In this document: positions 16,389-22,621 of the stretch, piece after piece
Layout: each line of letters opens with the position of its first letter
Position numbering within the stretch: position 1 is the stretch's first letter
Assembly (NCBI GenBank): GCA_047617785.1
Contig: JBLGBK010000011.1
Location: forward strand, 1-22,621
Direction: 5' to 3'
DNA: 22,621 nucleotides
Origin: Colwellia polaris
GTDB lineage: Archaea > Nanohalarchaeota > Nanosalinia > Nanosalinales > Nanosalinaceae
Translations under genes and position numbers: made by a program
The notes under the pieces: generated by a model
Seen by the model: the letters and a program-made list of their open reading frames with translations, nothing else
What the model was told of the DNA's origin: nothing
Databases searched by the model: none

Positions 16389-16733
16389 CTAATCTTCTTC
16401 ATCTTCCTCTACTTCTACTGCGAAAGATATCTTTCTATGGAATGCGAGTAATCCTATCATAAATATAATTCCGCCAATCTCTGAAAGGTACTGAAAATTA
16501 TCAAAACCTTCTATACCCAGGGCGTATGCACCGGCAACTGTTAAAGTTGAAAATATCATGGCAGTGAAAGCTAAGATGCTGTAGGCAGATCTTACCTCGT
16601 CTTTTAGCACCAATTTTGTAGCTGCTAGCTTACTATTCTCTGAAAATTTCTTTACGATTCTATAATTGTAGTATACTGTTGTAGCACTTATTAGGGTTGA
16701 TATCGCTCCAAATATTAGCGCATCTAGGATCAT
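16389..16733 (-). CDS. Hypothetical three-TM membrane protein
   Basis: Three hydrophobic segments and an acidic tail; ATG 16733 gives an ATGA overlap with the upstream gene's stop. Confidence 0.75.
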   Translation of the reverse strand: MILDALIFGAISTLISATTVYYNYRIVKKFSENSKLAATKLVLKDEVRSAYSILAFTAMIFSTLTVAGAYALGIEGFDNFQYLSEIGGIIFMIGLLAFHRKISFAVEVEEDEED

Positions 16734-17056
16734 CTTGATCGCCTCCATTGACGGATAAATACTACTCCCACTGATGCTGTAAAGACTGGTAAAATTATTC
16801 TGGCGGCTCTAGTAAGTATGGGTTTCTCAAGTATTCCGGCAGCTATGTAAAGAAGAAAGGTTACGGTTAGGGTTATCTCTGAGATGAATAAAATCTTGAA
16901 GTCTCGTGCAGTACTATCTGAGTCCAGTTTAAATTTTGTAAGAACTTCTTGAGGGCTGTCTCTTATCCTTAAAAGTAGGTATCCTGTAGATAAACCTATC
17001 GTTGCGGCAAGAATTGCTATAACAAACTCGTATGTTATATGGAAGTCAATAGCCAT
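16730..17056 (-). CDS. Hypothetical three-TM membrane protein
   Basis: Three hydrophobic segments, basic C-terminus; coupled to the next gene. Confidence 0.75.
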   Translation of the reverse strand: MAIDFHITYEFVIAILAATIGLSTGYLLLRIRDSPQEVLTKFKLDSDSTARDFKILFISEITLTVTFLLYIAAGILEKPILTRAARIILPVFTASVGVVFIRQWRRSR

Positions 17057-17121
17057 AAATGAGACCTCTACTACATCTCCTTTTTAGATTTCTGATTAAT
17101 AAAGGTGTAAGGTAAGAAAAC

Positions 17122-17508
17122 TTAGATTTGGCGAATTCTATAAACTTGGAGAGATGCAGAGCTTTTTTCAGTGCTGTTCTTGTATTTAAAGTAAATCTGA
17201 TAAGCCTTCTCGCCACGAACTATTTCACGCACAAAATCACCTTCTCTGATTTCACTTGCCGAAAGCTCGGACTCAAAAGAATTATCGTCGTCCATGTCCA
17301 AGTAGAAAACATCTTCCTGATACCAAATGCCTAGAGAATTATTATTAAAAGTTAGTTCGCCGTTAGGATTAGTCTCGTTGACCTTAAGGTCTTTATCAGC
17401 ACTGTAGAGTTTGTTCTCCTCTCCGTTATGCAGAGTGTTTACTCCGTACGTATATCCAGCTGCAATACTTAGTACAAGTATTACTGGCAAGGTGATTTTC
17501 CAATTCAT
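17122..17508 (-). CDS. Hypothetical membrane-anchored or secreted protein
   Basis: N-terminal hydrophobic helix (WKITLPVILVLSIAAGY) then a beta-rich soluble domain containing LDMDDDNSFE. Confidence 0.75.
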   Translation of the reverse strand: MNWKITLPVILVLSIAAGYTYGVNTLHNGEENKLYSADKDLKVNETNPNGELTFNNNSLGIWYQEDVFYLDMDDDNSFESELSASEIREGDFVREIVRGEKAYQIYFKYKNSTEKSSASLQVYRIRQI

Positions 17509-17604
17509 TATAGAAGAAAAAAGAGGCGAAGAGCTTTTTCAACCTTTACCCTTTCTCACAGATGATTGCTTGTTTTTTATTTCTCACATTAACACCTCTG
17601 TAAC

Positions 17605-18741
17605 ATGAAGGAGAAAATCCAGTTAGATGATAGAGAGATCACGCTAGTAGGAACGGCTCACGTATCTGAAGACAGTATAGATGAAGTGATAGAGGCTATT
17701 GATAAAGAGCAACCAGATAAAGTGTTCGTCGAACTGGACGAAAACCGTCTGCACTCGCTTCAAGAAAAATCAGGTTGGAAAGACACAGACCTCCTAGAGG
17801 TAATCAGAGAAGGCAAAATAAACCTCCTATCATTCAACCTCCTGCTCTCAATATACCAGAAAAAAATAGGAGCTGAACATGGAATCAAACCAGGAACAGA
17901 ATTACTGAAAGCAGTAGAACACAGCGAAGAAAATGGAATACCGTACGAATTGGTTGACCGAGACATCAACGAAACGATCGACGATCTAAGAAAAAATCTC
18001 AGCCTCTGGAAGAAATCGGCGCTTATCGCATCATTCATGGCGTTCGGAGAAGATGAAGAGGAAACAGATATTGAAGAGCTCAAACAGGCAGATATGATAG
18101 AAGCTTTAGTAGAAGAGATGGGAGAAGACTTCCCAGAGATCAAAGAAGTACTTTTGGATAAAAGAAACAGCTACATGGCGCAAAAAATACTTGAATCAGG
18201 CTTTGAAAACGGCTTAGTGGTGGTAGGAGCTGCACACGTTCAAGGGCTTAAAGAGGAATTGCAGAACAATACTCAGCACAATTACACAGTAGAGAAAACA
18301 TTTCCCTGGGGCAAAGCCGCCATGTATGGCATACCATTGCTCGTACTAGGGTTATTCACATACGGTTTCATGCAGGGCGGTGTCGACCAGTTAATACAGC
18401 TTGGTGTGCCATGGATAGTATTAAACAGCAGCTTATCACTTCTAGGTGCATTAATAGCGCGTTCACATCTGTCAACAGGCCTGATAAGTGCCGCAGCAGC
18501 ACCTTTAACCTCTGTAAATCCAACAGTTGGAGCTGGCATGGTGGCAGCATATGCAGAGGCTTATTTCCATCCGCCAACAGTCAAGGATATGGAAGAAATA
18601 GTCGATATAACAGAGTATCGACAGCTTTGGAACAACCAGGCGGGAGTCGTTGTACTTACTTTTATTTTCGTAACAATAGGGAGCTTTATAGCTACAGTGC
18701 TTGGAGCAGGAGTTATAACCTATCTAGTCGCTTTCATTTAG
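17605..18741 (+). CDS. TraB/PrgY (pheromone shutdown) family protein
   Basis: LVGTAHVS, VELDENR, KPGTE, LVDRDI..T, LLDKRNSYMA, VVGAAHVQG, C-terminal TM helices with APLTSVNP. Confidence 0.92.
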   Translation: MKEKIQLDDREITLVGTAHVSEDSIDEVIEAIDKEQPDKVFVELDENRLHSLQEKSGWKDTDLLEVIREGKINLLSFNLLLSIYQKKIGAEHGIKPGTELLKAVEHSEENGIPYELVDRDINETIDDLRKNLSLWKKSALIASFMAFGEDEEETDIEELKQADMIEALVEEMGEDFPEIKEVLLDKRNSYMAQKILESGFENGLVVVGAAHVQGLKEELQNNTQHNYTVEKTFPWGKAAMYGIPLLVLGLFTYGFMQGGVDQLIQLGVPWIVLNSSLSLLGALIARSHLSTGLISAAAAPLTSVNPTVGAGMVAAYAEAYFHPPTVKDMEEIVDITEYRQLWNNQAGVVVLTFIFVTIGSFIATVLGAGVITYLVAFI

Positions 18742-19353
18742 CATATACTTTTGCTCCCAGGTCTCAATCCTTTGTTTCCAGTTATTAGCATCTTCATTCT
18801 CGTCATCAGAATCTGTAGATACATAGTCCTGTTCTCGTAGAAGATAGCCAACGCCAAGACCTACGAACAAACCGATAATATGCGCCTCGTATGCTACGTT
18901 GTTAACGCCAGTTAAACCAGCAAAGTTGATTACAAGATAAGAAACCAGTACAGCCCACATAGGAAGCGGAACCCAAAGCGCTAGGCCGATATCATTCGGC
19001 CGATAAGCTGCCAATGCTCCAAGAACGCCCATTGCACCACCTGAAGCGCCGATGATAGCAGATTCGGTATAGAAAATGAATGCGGAAAGATTTGCGAGTA
19101 ATGCAGAACCTAGAAACGTGCCTAGAAACATTTTGGATGATGTCCGCAGCTCGTACATAGTACCGAATATCAGAATGAAGAACAAGTTATTGTAGAGGTG
19201 TGAGGCATCTCCATGTCCAAAAATTGAAATTATAAAGTTTTCTGGCGGACCTCCTGCAGTGAAAGCAGGGTTAAAACCAGCAGTAGCCTGGACAATATAA
19301 ACCGAAATCATGAAAAGAGAAAGGATAACTGCGGAGAAGTAGGTTTGAGCCAT
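18724..19353 (-). CDS. Rhomboid intramembrane serine protease
   Basis: H....HL..N (FGHGDASHLYNN), catalytic GASG, AYEAHIIG His; multiple TM helices. Confidence 0.92.
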   Translation of the reverse strand: MAQTYFSAVILSLFMISVYIVQATAGFNPAFTAGGPPENFIISIFGHGDASHLYNNLFFILIFGTMYELRTSSKMFLGTFLGSALLANLSAFIFYTESAIIGASGGAMGVLGALAAYRPNDIGLALWVPLPMWAVLVSYLVINFAGLTGVNNVAYEAHIIGLFVGLGVGYLLREQDYVSTDSDDENEDANNWKQRIETWEQKYMLNESD

Positions 19354-19362
19354 CGGAACAGA

Positions 19363-20973
19363 TTAGTCTTCTAAGAGGTATCCTTCCATAATGCTACGCG
19401 ATTTTTCTACTCCTAGTGCAGCTATCAGTGTTGATAGTCGTGGTCCTTGGTCTCGTGAAAGGAATACGTTGTAAACTGCTGTGAAGAACTCGCCTGTAGA
19501 AAGCTCCGATTCGTCCTTGGAATCGAAAACTGCTTCATCTAGCTCATCAGTATCCTCGAACTCGCCATCAAGGCTTTCGTACAGAATTTCTACAGCTCTC
19601 AGTTCTTCCTCGCTTAGGTTATTCAGTACTTCCTGATCCGGCTCCTCATTGATACTGTACAGGTAATCTTCAGGAGCGTAGTTCCGAGCCCAGTTCTTCG
19701 CCTTTTCCAAGCGATCAAATACCTGCTGCTTCTGTTTCTCACTAAGTTCTTCTGGGATATGATCTGTGGAGCGGAGTGACTCGAGCGCAGTAGTCTCCCA
19801 GTCTTTCTCAGGAATAGTCTGTGCAAGAAGCGAAGCGTGCTTGAAAGGAATCCTTACGGGCTGCTCATCAGGTATATCGACCACTGCAATCTCGTAGACT
19901 CTTTCACGGTGTTTCTCTTTCTTCTCGTTCTCCATCTGGATTTCATCAAAGTAAGTTTTCTCGAATCGATCAAATCGGTCGTATACCTGGATGATCTCCT
20001 CGTCGAAAGCCAGTACTAGCTCAGATTTTGGCTTGTTCTGTGAGAACAGGAACCGGATCATTTCAGGGCTGTAGATCTGCTTCAGATCGTCCAGTGTCAG
20101 CGTGTTCTCCCCTGCGCTGCTAGATATCTTCTTGTCACTGCCTTTCGGCTTCACAAAGTCGTACATCTGGTATACAGGGGCTTCATCCTTGTATACTTCT
20201 TCAATTATTTCTTTGCCTGTGTCTCGGCTGCTTCCTGCTGCTGAGTGATCCTTGCCTCCCGGTTCGAAGCTGACCTGTTCATAATGCCATCTCATTGGCC
20301 AGTCAACTCTCCAAGGCGGCTTAACATTTCCTTCTTCCTGGAAGTTGAGTTCGAATGTGTCGCCGCATTTCTCGCAGTAGTATGTTACGGTGTATTCACC
20401 GTTGTAATCCTTAACTTCTGTGAAGTCTTTTCCACATTCTGTGCAGTAAACTCTTAGAGGGTAGTAAGGATCTTCTAATGGTTCTTTTCGGTACTGGTCA
20501 AGTATTTCCTTGATCTTCTCACGGTTGTTCATAGCCTGTTTGGTCAGGTCTGCGTACTCCGCTTTTTCGAACATCTCGGTCTGCCGGATGAACTCTATAT
20601 CCATGTGCATGTCTTCTAGTTGTTCTTCAAGCATGGATTCGAAGTGTTCTGCGTAGCTGTCGTGGCATTCTTCTGGGTCTGGAACCTTTGATAGAGGCAG
20701 TCCTATGTACTGCTCCCATTCGTCCGGTACGTTTGCTGGTACTTTTCTGAACCGGTCGTAGTCGTCCCATGAGTAGATGAATCTCGTGTCCTCTCCTCTT
20801 TCCTTGAGCGACTTGACAACGAAGTCTGTAGTAATTATTTCACGGAAGTTGCCTATATGCACCATTCCGGATGGTGAAATACCTGATGCGCATACGTAGG
20901 TGTCTCTGTCCTCGAATTTTTTCGTTGTCGCAAAAGCTAACTGGTCGCTCCAGAAGAGAGGTTGATCGCTCAT
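19363..20973 (-). CDS. lysS: Class I lysyl-tRNA synthetase
   Basis: SGISPSGMVHIGNFRE (HIGH-like), WRVDWPMRW, FEPGGKDH, KISSS (KMSKS-like), QGPRL. ATG 20973 (MSDQP) preferred over TTG 20994. Confidence 0.97.
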   Translation of the reverse strand: MSDQPLFWSDQLAFATTKKFEDRDTYVCASGISPSGMVHIGNFREIITTDFVVKSLKERGEDTRFIYSWDDYDRFRKVPANVPDEWEQYIGLPLSKVPDPEECHDSYAEHFESMLEEQLEDMHMDIEFIRQTEMFEKAEYADLTKQAMNNREKIKEILDQYRKEPLEDPYYPLRVYCTECGKDFTEVKDYNGEYTVTYYCEKCGDTFELNFQEEGNVKPPWRVDWPMRWHYEQVSFEPGGKDHSAAGSSRDTGKEIIEEVYKDEAPVYQMYDFVKPKGSDKKISSSAGENTLTLDDLKQIYSPEMIRFLFSQNKPKSELVLAFDEEIIQVYDRFDRFEKTYFDEIQMENEKKEKHRERVYEIAVVDIPDEQPVRIPFKHASLLAQTIPEKDWETTALESLRSTDHIPEELSEKQKQQVFDRLEKAKNWARNYAPEDYLYSINEEPDQEVLNNLSEEELRAVEILYESLDGEFEDTDELDEAVFDSKDESELSTGEFFTAVYNVFLSRDQGPRLSTLIAALGVEKSRSIMEGYLLED

Positions 20974-21059
20974 ACATGATTGATTCGCAATCAATATTTT
21001 TTAACTTCTACATTGACAAGCAGCTTCATTTTAAAACTACGGCTGACGGCTAAATAACT

Positions 21060-22256
21060 ATGATGGATATTAACCCACGTCTCATATTCCTGATAGTTTT
21101 CGTAGGTATTCTAAGTGCATTAATGTATAAAGATCGGAAAAACGTTAACCGCGTATCAATACTTTTCTACAGACGTACAAAAAGAGGACTAGATCTGATA
21201 GACCGTATAGCAAAGAAAGCACCGCGTTTCTGGAAAGCATACGGATGGGCGGGATTTGGTGTCGGCGTAATATCAGTATTTGTAGCAGTGCAGCAAATCG
21301 GATCCTCATTACTCCGTATCGGTAGTTCAACAGGAGGTTCTACAGCAGGACCTAAAGCAGTACTTCCCGGGCTAGGCGCAGAAGCAAGTATCAACGGACC
21401 AGCTTTCTTCATACCGGTAGAGTACTGGATCATATCTATAGGCGTGCTCATGTTCGTACACGAAATGAGCCACGGGATCGTAGCTAGAGCAGAAGACTTC
21501 GAACTGAACAGCGTTGGATGGATAGTCCTTGGAATAATACCCGGGGCCTTTGTCGAGCCAAAAGGAGAAAAAATGCTTCCAAACGGAGATGGCGAACAGG
21601 AAGTAGACGGAGAACACCATGGTATGTGGGACCAAGGTAACTGGAAATCCCGTATCAAGGTATTAAGCGCAGGAAGCTTTGCAAACTACCTGACCGCTAT
21701 CCTGTTTATAGTACTTGCTATTGGATTAGCCACGGCGACTACTGATGTTGCAGGACTTAACTACCAGGCACAGGAAGGATATCCCGCATATGAATCAGGT
21801 ATGCGGAACGGAACGCTATATGAGATCAATAACCACACTATTGATAGCCCTGAGTCTATGAACGAGGCAACAGACAGTATTCAAGCTAACGATACGGTTC
21901 GCCTGTCGACAAGTGAAGGTAACTTTACCTTGACAGCTACTGAACGTGAAGGTTTTGAAGGAGGCTATATAGGACTAGGTTTCACCGGTCAGTCGATAGA
22001 ATACAATGAAAGCGTTGAGAACTACAGCGGATTTCTCAGCTGGTTTACCGGCTTACTAGAGATGATAGCTATTCTCAACATCGGGATTGGACTATTCAAC
22101 ATGCTTCCAGCCAAACCACTGGATGGAGGACATATCTTAGGAGTATTTGTAGAACAGTTTACAGGAGAGGAGAACATGAAGTATGTGAACGCATTCTCTA
22201 TGGCTGTTTGGGCATTGATCATCAGCTCATTTGTCTACCTGATCTTTTTGGCCTAA
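21060..22256 (+). CDS. Site-2 protease (peptidase M50) with PDZ-like insert
   Basis: HEMSH, GAFVEP, SAGSFAN, PAYESGMRNG (PDZ-like), NMLPAKPLDGG. Confidence 0.94.
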   Translation: MMDINPRLIFLIVFVGILSALMYKDRKNVNRVSILFYRRTKRGLDLIDRIAKKAPRFWKAYGWAGFGVGVISVFVAVQQIGSSLLRIGSSTGGSTAGPKAVLPGLGAEASINGPAFFIPVEYWIISIGVLMFVHEMSHGIVARAEDFELNSVGWIVLGIIPGAFVEPKGEKMLPNGDGEQEVDGEHHGMWDQGNWKSRIKVLSAGSFANYLTAILFIVLAIGLATATTDVAGLNYQAQEGYPAYESGMRNGTLYEINNHTIDSPESMNEATDSIQANDTVRLSTSEGNFTLTATEREGFEGGYIGLGFTGQSIEYNESVENYSGFLSWFTGLLEMIAILNIGIGLFNMLPAKPLDGGHILGVFVEQFTGEENMKYVNAFSMAVWALIISSFVYLIFLA

Positions 22257-22621
22257 CAGCCACTCCATATTCCTTCTTTTTCTCTTCTTGCTACTGACAC
22301 AATCTGCTGGAACCGAGATTTTCCTTCGAAATCTGTGTGTCCATAGGTCTGTTCCAAACCTTTCTGCAGCAATTGTTTCTCAAGACTAGTTCCGTTTCTG
22401 TATATAGACACGAGAGTGCGGCCATATGCACAGTTCCCTTTGTAAACTATTCTTACGTCTACTTTGCTGTAATTATCTTTTACAAACTTAGAAGATTCTT
22501 CACCGTAGTTTCTCAAGTGTTCTTTGGAAAGATTGCACACCCATTCTTTCGGAGTGTTTTCAGCATGTACTTCTGGCGTATCGACACCGTTGAGCCGTAT
22601 AGTTATGTTTTCGTTTCTTAC
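22253..22621 (-). CDS. Thermonuclease (SNase-like) family protein; start lies beyond the window
   Basis: Frame is open to the window edge: VRNENITIRLNGVDTPE...AYGRTL...LLQKGL...ARREKEGIW, matching the RLxGxDxPE, YGR and A....GIW motifs. Confidence 0.88.
   Translation of the reverse strand, partial: VRNENITIRLNGVDTPEVHAENTPKEWVCNLSKEHLRNYGEESSKFVKDNYSKVDVRIVYKGNCAYGRTLVSIYRNGTSLEKQLLQKGLEQTYGHTDFEGKSRFQQIVSVARREKEGIWSGC

Noticed and set aside
638-22222. Remaining short track ORFs overlapping identified genes (e.g. 4593-4940, 17760-18143, 18411-18788, 21167-21658)
   Set aside because: Antisense or alternate-frame shadows of well-supported genes, lacking the acidic composition and any family motif.

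Overview
Gene-dense archaeal chromosomal segment. The proteome is strongly acidic (Asp/Glu-rich) at moderate GC (low-40s % by eye, not computed). Archaeal SAM synthetase, class I LysRS, Orc1/Cdc6 and many apparently leaderless genes point to a halophilic DPANN archaeon, most likely Nanohaloarchaeota (inference). Housekeeping genes: mat (partial), nadE, EamA transporter, SGNH hydrolase, trxB, histidine phosphatase, orc1/cdc6, aldo/keto reductase, TraB-family protein, rhomboid, lysS, site-2 protease and a partial thermonuclease. Least ordinary parts: (1) an intron-containing tRNA-Gly(GCC) with a relaxed BHB motif, followed by a ~340-nt hairpin-rich non-coding tract; (2) an arginine module in which an ACT-domain protein is divergent from argG-argH and a stand-alone ArgRS N-terminal domain, with three copies of a palindromic candidate operator and an out-of-frame leader ORF carrying the best RBS; (3) a multi-stem element downstream of cdc6; (4) unannotated small ORFs, two of which share an N-terminal motif. 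No CRISPR array, transposase or integrase was seen.
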